DNA from: Macrostomum lignano
Lineage: Eukaryota
Length of the DNA stretch: 62,442 nucleotides
NCBI GenBank assembly: GCA_002269645.1
Contig: NIVC01004056.1
Span: forward strand, 1-62,442
Direction of reading: 5' to 3'
Positions 36,970 through 50,584 of the stretch are shown here, piece after piece (position 1 is the first letter of the stretch; every line of letters starts with the position of its first letter). The position numbers and the translations under genes are program-made. A model generated the notes under the pieces. It had not been told where the DNA came from. It ran no database searches and saw only the letters and a list, made by a program, of their open reading frames with translations.

Positions 36970-38395
36970 GCGTGTCTGTGTCTGCCTGTGTCTGTGTCTG
37001 CCTGTGTCTGTGTCTGCCTGTGTCTGTGTCTGCCTGTGTCTGTGTCTGCCTGTGTCTGTGTCTGCCTGTGTCTGTGTCTGTGTCTGTCTCTGTCTGTGCC
37101 TGTGTCTGCCTGTGTCTGTGTCTGACTGTGCCTGTGTCTGCCTGTGTCTGTGTCTGCCTGTGTCTGTGTCTGCCTGTGTCTGTGTCTGCCTGTGTCTGCC
37201 TGTGTCTGTGTCTGCCTGTGTCTGTGTCTGCCTGTGTCTGTGTCTGCCTGTGTCTGTGTCTGCCTGTGTCTGTGTCTGTGTCTGCCTGTGTATGTGTCTG
37301 TGTCTGTCTCTGTCTGCGTCTGTGTCTGCCTGTGTCTGTGTCTGTCTGCGTCTGTGTCTGCCTGTGTCTGTGTCTGTCTGCGTCTGTGTCTGCCTGTGTC
37401 TGTGTCTGTCTCTGTCTCTGTCTGTGTCTGTGTCTGTCTGCGTCTGTGTCTGTGTCTGTCTCTGTCTGTGTCTGTCTCTGCCTGTGTCTGTGTCTGTGTC
37501 TGTCTCTGTCTGTGTCTGTGTCTGTGCTGTGTCTGTCTCTGTCTGTGTCTGTCTCTGTCTCTGTCTGTGTCTGTGTCTGCCTGTGTCTGTGTCTGTGTCT
37601 GCCTGTGTCTGTGTCTGTCTCTGTCTGTGTCTGTGTCTGTGTCTGTGTCTGTCTCTGTCTGTGTCTGTCTGTGTCTGTGTCTGTGTCTGTGTCTGTCTCT
37701 GTCTGTGTCTGTGTCTGCCTGTGTCTGTGTCTGTCTCTGCCTGTGTCTGTGTCTGTCTCGATGCCTGTGTCTGCCTGTGTCTGTGTCTGTCTCTGTCTGT
37801 GTCTGTCTCTGTCTGTGTCTGTGTCTGTGTCTGCCTGTGTCTGTGTCTGTGTCTGCCTGTGTCTGTGTCTGTCTCTGTCTCTGTCTGTGTCTGTGTCTGT
37901 GTCTGTCTCTGTCTGTGTCTGTGTCTGCCTGTGTCTGTGTCTGTCTATGTCTATGTCTGTGTCTGTGTCTGCCTGTGTCTGTGTCTGTCTCTGTCTGTGT
38001 CTGTCTCTGTCTGTGTCTGTCTCTGTCTGTGTCTGTCTGTGTCTGTGTCTGTGTCTGTCTCTGTCTGTGTCTGTGTCTGTCTGTGTCTGTCTGTGTCTGT
38101 GTCTGTGTCTGTCTCTGTCTGTGTCTGTGTCTGTGTCTGTCTCTGTCTCTGTCTGTGTCTGTGTCTGCCTGTGTCTGTGTCTGTGTCTGCCTGTGTCTGT
38201 GTCTGTCTCTGTCTGTCTCGGTGTCTGTGTCTGTCTCGGTGTCTGTGTCTGTCTCGGTGTCTGTGTCTGTCTCAGTGTCTGTGTTTGTCTCGGTGTCTGT
38301 GTCTGTCTCGGTGTCTGTGTCTGTCTCGGTGTCTGTGTCTGTCTCGGTGTCTGTGTCTGTCTCGGTGTCTGTGTCTGTCTTGGTGTTTGTTACTG
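36970..38395. repeat. Complex (TGTCTG/TGTGTC/TGCC) simple-repeat tract, about 1.4 kb
   Basis: Directly visible. It explains four ORFs of over 400 aa at 36915-38439. Confidence 0.97.
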
Positions 38396-38956
38396 CCTGT
38401 GCAGAAACCAAGATGAAATATTGTAGCCCATTGAAGTGATTACGCTGGCTTCAAAAGTTTTGCGTACATTTTAAGTAAATCAGGAAAGGTCGTTTCCCTT
38501 CTTTGCCAAAACTAAGGACAGTGGGAACTCCTGTTGCGCTCTGAAACTTCTATAAGAAATATTGCTCACTTCTTGGCCGTCAGCCCTGATCGCAGGCTGT
38601 CACAGCTGTCTCAGTGACCCGCTGCTCTGGTACCGAGTTGGGAAGGTAGGGATGGGATATCTTCAATGCTCATCATGATTTACAAGCATTGCTGAAACAT
38701 CAATGTCCTGCCTGCCCATAGCAACAAATCTCGCTCCGCCATAGGTAAATCTGATGAAGCGGGCAGTTAATCAAGATAATTGCAGAGCAAGCAGGTTTGA
38801 ACTGCTCTCCACGCTACTCGTACAACTATAGGCTTTGCCTGCGCTGATTGGGCATCCATATGCGTCTAGCTGCACTGCTTGACATTCAACTGGCCAAACT
38901 GTACCAGACATACTAAAATTAATGCTAAACTAATCACCCAGGTAATGCAATATCCG

Positions 38957-39530
38957 GTGAGCTACTGACAGTGAGCAGTGAGCTACTGACAGTGAGCAGT
39001 GAGCTACTGACAGTGAGCAGTGAGCTACTGACAGTGAGCAGTGAGCTACTGACAGTGAGCAGTGAGCTACTGACAGTGAGCAGTGAGCTACTGACAGTGA
39101 GCAGTGAGCTACTGACAGTGAGCAGTGAGCTACTGACAGTGAGCAGTGAGCTACTGACAGTGAGCAGTGAGCTACTGACAGTGAGCAGTGAGCTACTGAC
39201 AGTGAGCAGTGAGCTACTGACAGTGAGCAGTGAGCTACTGACAGTGAGCAGTGAGCTACTGAGAGTGAGCAGTGAGCAGTGAGCTACTGAGAGTGAGCAG
39301 TGAGCAGTGAGCTACTGAGAGTGAGCAGTGAGCAGTGAGCTACTGACAGTGAGCAGTGAGCTACTGACAGTGAGCAGTGAGCTACTGACAGTGAGCAGTG
39401 AGCTACTGACAGTGAGCAGTGAGCTACTGACAGTGAGCAGTGAGCTACTGACAGTGAGCAGTGAGCTACTGACAGTGAGCAGTGAGCTACTGACAGTGAG
39501 CAGTGAGCTACTGACAGTGAGCAATGAGCT
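38957..39530. repeat. 21-bp minisatellite GAGCTACTGACAGTGAGCAGT, about 27 copies
   Basis: Directly visible. Confidence 0.96.
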
Positions 39531-40072
39531 TTTAGCTGCAAGTGACACAAAAGCAGCTAGTAGAAATATGGCAGGAGGCAAAATATTCCAATTGCTCATC
39601 CAACACGCAAAGCTGTAAAACAGTTTTTTTGCATCTCAATCGCCGGGATAACCCACATCTGCGCGGTCCCCCTTGGCCCTGAATTTACACGCGACTGTAA
39701 AACAGGGCTTTATCGTATTTGCTGCATACACACAGCTATGCTGGAGCTTATGCAAAATAGAAATGGCCGTACCGAATCTGCAGGATAACATTAAAACCTG
39801 CCTGTGCACAGCGTGAGCTATACCACAGTGCATTATTACTTAGTATATCCTATATGTCTTCAGTAAAGCATTGGTAACATAAACTTTGGGTCGTGCGAGG
39901 CAAAGGCACATAAAATAGTCAACTTACGATTGCCTCTTGCCTGAGAAAAGCTTTTTTAGAGTCCGATAGCGTCTAGAGCTGAATTTTTCAAGTCGTTTCC
40001 TTTGCTAAGAGAGCTAGTTGAAAAGTTAGGACCCAACGGTTTAAAAGTGCAAAGTGATTTATGGAGCTTAAT

Positions 40073-41115
40073 TAGCTGGCTGATGTGCATTTTGATTGGA
40101 GCTCAATAGTCTATGGCCTCATGTTAGCTGCCTGATGTGCATTTTGATTGGAGCTCAATAGTCTATGGCCTTATGTTAGCTGCCTGATGTGCATTTTGAT
40201 TGGAGCTCAATAGTCTATGGCCTCATGTTGGCTGTCTGATGTGCATTTTGATTGTAGCTCAATAGTCTATGGCTTTATGTTAGCTGTCTGATGTGCATTT
40301 TGATTGGAGCTCAATAGTCTATGGCCTCATGTTAGCTGTCTGATGTGCATTTTGATTGGAGCTCAATAGTCTATGGCCTCATGTTGGCTGTCTGATGTGC
40401 ATTTTGATTGGAGCTCAATAGTCTATGGCTTTATGTTAGCTGTCTGATGTGCATTTTGATTGTAGCTCAATAGTCTATGGCCTCATGTTAGCTGTCTGAT
40501 GTGCATTTTGATTGGAGCTCAATAGTCTATGGCCTCATGTTGGCTGTCTGATGTGCATTTTGATTGGAGCTCAATAGTCTATGGCTTTATGTTAGCTGTC
40601 TGATGTGCATTTTGATTGGAGCTCAATAGTCTATGGCTTTATGTTAGCTGTCTGATGTGCATTTTGATTGTAGCTCAATAGTCTATGGCCTCATGTTAGC
40701 TGTCTGATGTGCATTTTGATTGGAGCTCAATAGTCTATGGCCTCATGTTGGCTGTCTGATGTGCATTTTGATTGGAGCTCAATAGTCTATGGCCTCATGT
40801 TAGCTGTCTGATGTGCATTTTGATTGGAGCTCAATAGTCTATGGCCTCATGTTGGCTGTCTGATGTGCATTTTGATTGGAGCTCAATAGTCTATGGCTTT
40901 ATGTTAGCTGTCTGATGTGCATTTTGATTGGAGCTCAATAGTCTATGGCCTCATGTTAGCTGTCTGATGTGCATTTTGATTGGAGCTCAATAGTCTATGG
41001 CCTCATGTTAGCTGTCTGATGTGCATTTTGATTGGAGCTCAATAGTCTATGGCCTCATGTTAGCTGTCTGATGTGCATTTTGATTGGAGCTCAATAGTCT
41101 ATGGCCTCAATAGTC
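40073..41115. repeat. 52-bp minisatellite (GCTGTCTGATGTGCATTTTGATTGGAGCTCAATAGTCTATGGCCTCATGTTA), about 20 copies
   Basis: The period is 52 (40098 to 40150). Confidence 0.96.
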
Positions 41116-41694
41116 TAGCGGACATTTAAGAGGGGTTCGAATTCCTTGAGTTGGAAGACGTGGCGGAGTCGGTGAAGAGGAGTGGGACAGACAGGGGGAA
41201 AGTCTGTCTGAGTGGGTTCAGATAGAGCTTCATTGGGAGTCTGGTTTCGAATTTCAGTGGAGCAGTCAGTGGCTGCAGAAACGAAGTTGGATTTTTCTCT
41301 GCATTTTCCCCCTCTCGCTGCTGAATCTCAGATTGCCAAGGAAATCTTCTCGATTTTTTTAGTTTGTCTGATCGAGTTCTATTTGAGTAAACCAATCGAA
41401 AATATGTACTTCTTATTGCGCACTTTTATCGAACTATAGATGTTGACTGAACATTCGGTCAGAGGCTGAGGAGAGCCTCTAAAATAATAAACTGGGTTTA
41501 ATTGTTGAGCATTTGTTGAGCAAGCTGGTCAAATCTAAACAGTTCAAAAGTTGTGTCATTTAGCAAAAAATCTAATTATACTACTTAAAAAGTCAAAAGT
41601 TTAAAATCTATTGTGAAAAGAGTTTAACTGCCTAATTTTTAAATACAGTCTATGCCTGACAAAGTGAAATTCGGCCGCATCCACCGCGCCGCAG

Positions 41695-42539
41695 GTTCAT
41701 CGCAGTGACGCAGCCAATCAAGTACTCGAAGCACAAAAACTCGAAACGGACGCGCTTCACCATCGCGGCCACCTGGCTCCTGTCCATCGCCATCGCCCTG
41801 CCGATCGGCTGCGGCCTGCAGAACCTCAACGGCATTCGCAACCGGCCCATGTTCAAGGACACGTGCACCTTTTTCCACGGAGACTTCCTGATCTACTCCA
41901 GCCTGGGCAGCTTCTACATCCCCTGCTTCGTCATGCTGGTGCTGTACTACCGCATCTTCAAGGTCATCTGGCAGAGAGCCAGACGGGCCGCGGCGGGCAA
42001 GCGCGGCAAGATCTACCAGAACCAGAAGGTGGCCGCCGACGAGGACAACGACACGGACGGGCTGGATCCGGGTGGCGCCAAGCAGTCGGCGGCGCCAGCC
42101 AAGAAGGCGCTGCTGCTGGTCCGCGCCAATCCGAAGCGGCCGAACAACCTCAGCGTCAGCGTCAGCCGCGGCGAACCGCGTCGCAGCCCGTCCGGCGTCG
42201 TTGATCTTGAAGGCGACGACGATTTCACCTTGTCGACAAATAACTCGGCACCGCTAAACGAGAGCATGAACTTCGCCGGACCGTCGACCTCCGACAACAG
42301 CGGGGCCCAGAGCGACGCTTGCGAGACCCGCCTGACGGAGGGCCCGGTCGGCAAGAAGCAGCAGAAGCAGCAGAAGCAGCAGAAGCAGCAGAAGCAGCAG
42401 CCGCAGCAGCAGCAGCCGCAGCAGCAGCTCTTCCGCATGAAGATCAAAAAGAAGAAGCGAAAGTCGGCCGGCACGAAGGCCGAGAGGTCGGCGGCGCGGT
42501 TGGAAAAGAAGGCAACAAAAACGCTGGCGATTGTGCTGG
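41695..42539 (+). CDS. DRD2-like: D2-like dopamine receptor, coding exon 3 (ICL2, TM4, TM5, long ICL3, start of TM6)
   Basis: Acceptor gccgcAG, then (R)FIAVTQPIKY...TWLLSIAIALP...YSSLGSFYIPC (S5.42/S5.43/S5.46 catechol-binding serines)...EKKATKTLAIVL-G|GTGAGA in phase 1. Confidence 0.93.
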
Positions 42540-43194
42540 GTGAGAGAGCGGGCGGTTGCTGGGCGGGTGGCACCAGTAAGCCAGCTAACCGATTGCATTC
42601 CCCGATGAAGTGTACTCGTATTAAAAAGGCGAATTCCGTGTCAACTTAGAGCTTACATGTACTGCTACAATGGAAACTGTCACGGGGCAGAGCAGCTCAG
42701 CTGAGAAGTGTCTGACTCTCGCCCCATGACCCTTGGCTTGATTTCGTTTGCGGCCGCATTCGTTTATGGCTCGTGGGCACGGAAGGGACACAGAGTGTAC
42801 ATGCCTGACGATTAGAGAGTCAAAGGGCTGCAGTACACCCTGTGTGAGCGTGTGTGTGGCAAAAGTTTAGAATACGGACACCTTGAAATTAGCTTGAAAT
42901 AGGCAGAAGTCGATGCTCAGTTATAACTATGCAAGTTTGTCTAATAGCTTGTAAAATAGATTCCTTCCAACTGATGCACTTATCAGTTTATTGTCTGACT
43001 TTTGTACTGATCATTTTTCTCCGGAATCAACTGGCACGGCAGTCTGCGGTGAGTAGCCCCGCCTCTGCCTTTTTTAAGTTCGTTTGAGTTCCTTAGCTTG
43101 ACAGGGGTGCTTACAGTGAAGGAATGTTTTTCACTGGCACCATCCCTGACTGAGCTATCTGTCTCAATTTGATGTTTTACTCGCACAGTCCGAG

Positions 43195-43490
43195 TCTCCT
43201 GTCTGTGTGACAGCCTCAACCACTCACACAGCCTCAGACTCCTGTCTGTGTGACAGCCTCATCCACACTCACACAGCCTCAGACTCCTGTCTGTGTGACA
43301 GCCTCACCCACACTCACACAGCCTCAGACTCCTGTCTGTGTGACGGCCTCACCCACTCACACAGCCTCAGACTCCTGTCTGTGTGACAGCCTCACCCACA
43401 CTCACACAGCCTCAGACTCCTGTCTGTGTGACAGCCTCACCCACTCACACAGCCTCAGACTCCTGTCTGTGTGACGGCCTCACACACACA
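43195..43490. repeat. 43-45-bp minisatellite (CACACAGCCTCAGACTCCTGTCTGTGTGACAGCCTCACCCA...), about 7 copies
   Basis: Directly visible. Confidence 0.88.
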
Positions 43491-44254
43491 CACAGCTCGA
43501 GTCTCCAGTCTGTGTGACTCTCTAAGAACAATTGTTTCTATAATCTTACGCTATAATTTTGAGTTGTCTTATCCTTAATTTGATGACTCAATCTGTGATG
43601 CTTCCTTTTTTCTGTTGAAACTGAAGCCCATCATTCCTGGTTGATTGACCAGCTGTCTGTAAATGCGAAAGTTTCTCAGCTTGACAGTATTTATTAGAAT
43701 TATAAAATTAAATAACTAAAATTGCATTCCAAGAGTATATATACAATGAAGGTGTTCCCATTCCGCTTTCCTTACCATTGTGTTTCTCTGTCCGTTGCCT
43801 TATTTTTGCTTTCTCATATTTAAAGTACGGTTAAGACTACTATTTTGCACTAATATCACTGTTTTGTCGGGAATAGCGCCATGGGATACAAAACAAATGC
43901 AGAGCATGGGCTGCTGAAGTAAAAGAACGCTACACCCGACTTTCTTAGAAATGAGCTGTAAGGAACATGTACTTGTCCGTATCACCAGTGCATTTAGTAA
44001 TGCTCTCGAAAAATTGGTGCTTTAGTAGCGACCGAATTTGTCTATGGCAAAACCCCATCCAGCGCTATGCGCTCCCTAAAGCATACAAAATGCGCTAGCA
44101 ATACGACAAGCATGCGCTCCGTACCGGCCTCCAGTTCATTTCTTAGAAAATCGTGTGTTGCATCTTTTTCCAATGGTGGCTCTGGGTGCGCCGCTAAATC
44201 GATTGAAAAAGATGACAAAAATGCTGCATTATTCGATTCAACCACAATCTTCAG

Positions 44255-44487
44255 GCGTGTTTCTCCTATGCTGGCTGCCATTCTTCATCTCGAACCTCAT
44301 GTGGGCCGCCTGCCTGAAGAACATCGACGAGGAGCTGTTCAAGAGCCCGCTATGCAGCTACGACAGGAGAATCTCGGTGTTCATAGTCTGGCTTGGCTAC
44401 GTGAACAGCACTCTCAACCCGCTCATTTATACCATCTTCAACAATGAGTTCCGAAAGGCCTTCAAAAAGTTGCTGCACATCACCTGA
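44255..44487 (+). CDS. DRD2-like: D2-like dopamine receptor, coding exon 4 (TM6, TM7, helix 8)
   Basis: Acceptor caatcttcAG, then [14 protein letters not shown]...[33 protein letters not shown]. The protein ends right after helix 8, as D2-class receptors do. Confidence 0.93.
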
Positions 44488-47400
44488 CCTAATTAGCAGA
44501 GCAGAGGGGATGAATTGAATTGAGAAGACCTCGCGCGTGTACTCGGGGGACTGAACGACTTTGTGACACGCTACTTATTTACATTAATGTGGACGCTTTA
44601 GTACGTACATTCGGCTCATGCTTCTATTAATCGGATCTATCCCTGCTGCAGCTGCTGGCTAGGCTGGCTAACCAATCACGGTTATTCAGTGGCGAGTCAA
44701 CCCGTAGTCTTTAGAGCCTCCTTGTCCGATCGGGCAGCGCTGCTTTGCTCCATAACTAACGCTCGCAGTTCACCGCTCTGTCCAAAATAGTCCGCTATAA
44801 GCTATGCTTTCGTTTACCTGTACCTGCTCTTGGTACACGTTATTGCAGACTTAATGTCGTACTTCGCATTGCAACACTTCCATACTCTAATTTGCACTGA
44901 ATTCTTTGAAGCTTATCATGTCTGCGTATTTTTATCCATGAGATCCCAGATTATGATCTTTACTCAGCTCCTACATGTAGCGATTACAGCTCGTAGGTTC
45001 ATTCTCTTTTTCTCGGGCTACAACTGTCGGATATTTGAGCACAATTACATATTCACGCTGACCATCGATCTTTGTTAACTGTCCATTTTTTTCATTTTTT
45101 AATTTATGAAATTAAGGTCAAAATAAAGGCATATATAGAGAACATGGATATTGCCAGCACAGCTCTGTTTAATATTAAAATAAGATCGACTTAAACTTAC
45201 AGTTTGAATCATTTGAATTTATGAAAAAAATTCTTGCAAATAGTCTTGTTAGTTAATAACGACAACGAAATGCGATTTTTATTTGTTTGGACTATTGAGG
45301 ACTACCGACCCTGGAACTGCATATACATGCATGCAGTACGGCGAGTGATTTATACTGTACAATACTACTATTGTACTATCGTCACTGGGATGGCTTCTAA
45401 GCCGTACACACAAGAAAGGAAAAAATGGTGGTCTAAATCATGCCATATACATATAATAGGCATTATTAGTTGAGAACTCAGAAATTTTGAGTATGGAATG
45501 TACATTCAAATTAATCACTTACATGTACACAAGTATGGAAGCCCCAGAATCACTACAAGGTTAGCGACGAATTTATACAAATTGCTGGGTACACTTGCGC
45601 TACACAACATTTCAAGAGGTTGTACTCTTGAAGAGGTTGCATTATAGCATATGGCACAGTTAAATTCTTAGTTTTTCAGGTCTTTTTGCATTAACTTGCT
45701 TTTAGGAACTTCCACTACAGTAGATTGGCAAAAAATTGACATTCTCTAGTAAATTCAATAGATATATGGAAAAAGACGACCAATATTTTTATGATGACAA
45801 ATTGATGAAAGACGATTAATATGCAGATTTGTAGTCAATAGGTTCGTTCAAAAAGTTCTTCTAGTTCTAAAATTTCTTGTGGCTTTTAATTCAAACACAT
45901 TTTTGTTCCCTTCAACATCCATGTTCAAGTTGCTCGCGTGGTAACACCGTATTTTCGGATTACTGGAGTACAATAATAAACTTTTCTCGACAAATGAAAC
46001 CGTCTTCAATTTATATAAATGGCTTTCGTATCTAAAATCTGATCATTTATCCTCATAACCAAAAAGTCTTTTTTGTCTCTATTTTATTTTGTTTTACTAG
46101 TCGTGAACTAATAAAAATAAGGAGTTTAACTTTGATCGCTATTTATCGTAAGCCAACGTTCTGCCCACTTGAATGGTGAGCCTACGAAGATTTAAGAAGT
46201 ATAAATAACCCATTGTTGTGAATAATCGCGTCATGTATATTTGTTGAAAAATTCAGTATCTCTATAGGTTTTGCAGATCCTTATGAATCCAGCGAAAGTT
46301 GGAGAAAAGCAGATAAAAATGAACAAATGAAGTAAAAAGTGAGGTAAGAAATCTTAATAAAAATGGGCTTAGTATTATCATTAATTTGTCTTAAATTACA
46401 TTAACTAAATGTAATTTAGTTTCCTAAATTACATTTAGTTAGCCTTTCACTTCGAAGAAGTCTAGATGATTCTAATGAACATTTACATTGCTTCAAAAAG
46501 TATTCATGTGCAGCTTAACTCAAAGTAAAAAATTTTTTTTGAGATCTCTGGTCCATTTATTTATACGCTCGTAGATTAAAAAATCTCTTTAAAAAGTTTA
46601 AAAAAATAGATCTAGAGGTCTTGATAATGGATATTTAGTTATTTTACTTTTTATCCTAAATAAATTGTATAATTATACATATAAAATATGAAAAATTGAG
46701 AACATATAAAACAGTCCTTTATCAGGGAATAATAAAAACTGTGATAAAATAGCAAAGGAGCTAGAGTTTTTAGCTAAAGATATTATTTAAAAGAAATGTA
46801 AAACAGTAAATGTATTTTTAGTGTATGCATTTTTCTGCTATTGATCCTTAAGGTATTTTTTAAGTTATTATAAATCCAGTCAGAGTTACTAAAGTTTTTA
46901 TTAATGCAATGCTTTTGCTTTTTATTCTGTTTATTTTATAAACTGTCTTTATTTTCTTTCTCGCGTTTCATATTATTTCGCATATTAATCAAAGCTGAAA
47001 AAACTATGAGGATATTAATATATGCAATTACATAAACAAGTAACAACGATTCATTAATACTCGTAACTAACGGTTTTTGCAAAAAAGACCTCATCACATT
47101 AATGGCTTCAAAACAACACTGCAATTAGCTAAACCACTCAGAAATCTCTATTCAGTTCACTTCCTGAACCCCCCAGATCCACAAGATCCTTTGTCCGGCA
47201 GCAATTTTCTGTTCGGCTCTGAGCTCAAGTTCTGTCCGAGCTGCCGCGTCCTTCCCACTTCTGCATCGCTTGGCCTCCGCCTGTTCCGCATGCAGGAAGT
47301 TTCTTAGAAAGTCAGTCACACCGCACCCCCGGGGGACAGCCCCCAGCTGGTGTAGGTCGGACATATCCATGCCCCATCGACCACAATGTCAGTCTCCGCT

Positions 47401-47599
47401 GCCGTTCTGCTTACATATTTAATTGGGGAGCACTTCTGTCTTGGGCAAGCCTGCTTCTAGATTGAGGTCTGCGAGGCGAAAGGTTCAGTTAAAGTAAGTC
47501 CTGTCACACCAGGGAACACACAGTTTACAGATACTGCATTCAAGTCGCTTCTTATTTCCTTTGTTCCTGGTCGGTCATTACGCATTTTACTGTATTCTC

Positions 47600-47797
47600 A
47601 TCTCGTGGGTCATCTACCAAGCACTGTATTCACATGAGTCATTTCCCACTATATTCACATGGGTCATCTCCCACTGTATTCACATGGGTCATCTCCCACT
47701 GTATTCACATGGGTCATCTCCCACTGTATTCACATGGGTCATCTACCACGCACTGTATTCACATGAGTCATCTCCCACTGTATTCACATGGGTCATC
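47600..47797. repeat. About 26-bp repeat (CCACTGTATTCACATGGGTCATCTCC), about 7 copies
   Basis: The period is 26 (47661 to 47687). Confidence 0.85.
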
Positions 47798-47947
47798 TGC
47801 CTGATGAGTCATTGTTACTAATTGACGCGTTCACTGGTTAATCAGAAGGACCAGAACTCAGATTTTCTGATAGTCTCACAAGAATATTGCCAACCTGTCA
47901 CGCACAGGGAGCCGCTCCGATAGCAGCACAACAGACTGTCGACCCAA

Positions 47948-48338
47948 ATGACTCAGTGGTCGACCGGTCTGACTGACAGGGAGGTCTCCGACTTCATGTC
48001 AACGCCTGCGGCAGGCGGCAGTAGCGGAGGATTCACCTGTGCTCCGCCGCCGTTACTGACTCACCCTCTGGCGGGCCTCTGCGGCCTCGCCGATATTCCG
48101 TTAGACGCTGACGAAACCGACGAGCTCGAGCAGCAAGTCGACGGGGACGAAAACGACGAGGTTGTCGGAGCTCAGGCTGCCGGCGCCACTCCGGACGAAG
48201 GGGCTGCAGCGGCCACGGCTGGCTTGGCGCAGGACATCGCTTGCGACATCATCGAGATCCGGGCCGCTCTGGCTGTCGGCGGCGGGGGCATCGGCAGAGT
48301 CGGTTGCTATGGAAACAGAGACAAGGCGGAGAATAATG
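47948..48338 (+). CDS. APBA-like: X11/Mint/LIN-10 gene, putative first coding exon (acidic, disordered)
   Basis: GC-rich ORF from ATG 47948, with an in-frame stop upstream at 47921. The phase-1 donor G|GTTAGT at 48339 is compatible with the next exon. Assignment rests on splice phase and colinearity, not on homology. Confidence 0.55.
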
Positions 48339-48360
48339 GTTAGTACGAGCTAAAAAAATT

Positions 48361-49445
48361 AGGACTTGAGGGTGTAGAGAGCTGGGACTTGAGGGTACAG
48401 AGAGCTGGGACTTGAGGGTGTAGAGAGCTGGGACTTGAGGGTACAGAGAGCTGGGACTTGAGGGTACAGAGAGCTGGGACTTGAGGGTGTAGAGAGCTGG
48501 GACTTGAGGGTACAGAGAGCTGGGACTTGAGGGTGTAGAGAGCTGGGACTTGGGGTGTAGAGAGCTGGGACTTGAGGGTGTAGAGAGCTGGGACTTGAGG
48601 GTACAGAGAGCTGGGACTTGAGGGTACAGAGAGCTGGGACTTGAGGGTACAGAGAGCTGGGACTTGAGGGTGTAGAGAGCTGGGACTTGAGGGTGTAGAG
48701 AGCTGGAAGTTGAGGTTGTAAAGAGCTGGAAGTTGAGGTTGTAGAGAGCTGGGGCTTGAGGGTATACAGAGCTGGGACTTGAGGGTGTAGAGAGCTGGGA
48801 CTTGAGGGTATACAGAGCTGGGACTTGAGGGTGTAGAGAGCTGGGGCTTGAGGGTGTAGAGAGCTGGGACTTGAGGGTATACAGAGCTGGGACTTGAGGG
48901 TGTAGAGAGCTGGGACTTGAGGGTATACAGAGCTGGGACTTGAGGGTGTAGAGAGCTGGGACTTGAGGGTACAGAGAGCTGGGACTTGAGGGTGTAGAGA
49001 GCTGGGACTTGGGGTGTAGAGAGCTGGGACTTGAGGGTGTAGAGAGCTGGGACTTGAGGGTACAGAGAGCTGGGACTTGAGGGTGTAGAGAGCTGGGACT
49101 TGGGGTGTAGAGAGCTGGGACTTGAGGGTGTAGAGAGCTGGGACTTGAGGGTATACAGAGCTGGGACTTGAGGGTGTAGAGAGCTGGGGCTTGAGGGTGT
49201 AGAGAGCTGGGACTTGAGGGTGTAGAAAACTGGAAGTTGAGGTTGTAAAGAGCTGGAAGTTGAGGTTGTAGAGAGCTGGGGCTTGAGGGTGTAGAGAGCT
49301 GGGACTTGAGGGTGTAGAGAGCTGGGACTTGAGGGTGTAGAAAACTGGAAGTTGAGGTTGTAAAGAGCTGGAAGTTGAGGTTGTAGAGAGCTGGGGCTTG
49401 AGGGTGTAGAGAGCTGGGACTTGAGGGTGTAGAGATCTGGGACTT
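48361..49445. repeat. 23-bp minisatellite GGGACTTGAGGGTGTAGAGAGCT, about 47 copies
   Basis: The period is 23 (48362 to 48385). It starts about 23 nt after the donor. Confidence 0.96.
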
Positions 49446-50194
49446 AAAGGTAAACTCCGGACAGTCAAGGCCTATAAGATCGCAGTGACTTCGCGGCCAC
49501 TAGAATATCCCAGGCGGCTAAAAGTACCAGTTTTGATTGCCACAACGCATCAGATTTTAACAGGCCGAATTCCATCAGGTGTTGTCAATAATTTCGTCTT
49601 GTTTTATGATTTCTCTCTCTGAAACCTGTCCGTCCATCGTATCCAAGGCTGGAGATCGGTAACTTATGGCTGGCTAGAATCGAAGCGACGCTGATTAAGC
49701 TGCAACTGCGGGGCCCCGCCCGCTCAGCACCAGTCTGACTGCGACTCTAATCAGCATTGGAAACACTGTAGACCCCCATGTTCGCTCTGTAAACATTCCC
49801 CTAGGCCCCTAATCCCATAGGCCCCGCAAGTCCCTAGGAGATCTGCGCCTCTCTCCTAGTAGCAGCTGCTTCGACTTCGTATGTTTACCTTCGTCCTAGC
49901 CTTCATCTGCTGCTAGAATTGGTGTGGGGGGAGTCTGTGTGCGTGGGGCCTGGCCCAGTCCATCTGTTCGAATTTCTTCTCCGACCAGCTTGTTGCGCAG
50001 CTCGGAGGCTCTCGAAGGCTTGGATGGTTGAATAAAGCGGTAGAAGGTTTTTTAGTGTCGATGTTGCGTGGAGTGAAGCTTGTTGCGGCTCTGTACACAA
50101 TGTGGGGAATTTGTCCAGGGATGATTGGATTGATTTTTGGCATGTGGGAACAGTTTGCGCGACAGTTCTTGATTGTCGAATTTCTGTCAGTTTC

Positions 50195-50545
50195 GAATCC
50201 TGCATTCCGGATGTTATTCTTGAATCCCGGATGTTATTCTTGAAACCCAGATCTTATTATTGAATCCCGGATGTTATTATTGAATCCCGGATGTTATTAT
50301 TGAATTCCGGATGTTATTCTTGAATCCCGGATGTTATTATTGAATCCCGGATGTTATTATTGAATCCCGGATGTTATTATTGAAACCCAGATCTTATTAT
50401 TGAATCTTGGATGTTATTATTGAATCCCGGATGTTATTATTGAATCCCGGATGTTATTCTTGAATCCCGGATGTTATTATTGAATCCCGGATGTTATTAT
50501 TGAATCCCGGATGTTATTCTTGAATCCCGGATGTTATTATTGAAT
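50195..50545. repeat. 20-bp minisatellite TGAATCCCGGATGTTATTAT
   Basis: Directly visible. Confidence 0.93.
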
Positions 50546-50584
50546 CCCGGTTGCTATTCTCGAATCCCAGGTAACATTTTTGAA

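Noticed and set aside
47801-47835. Hammerhead ribozyme (CTGATGA-GTCA...TGAC-G)
   Set aside because: The required GAAA after stem II reads GCGT and stems I and III are not evident. The 74-bp and 52-bp arrays also lack the CUGANGA plus GAAA core.
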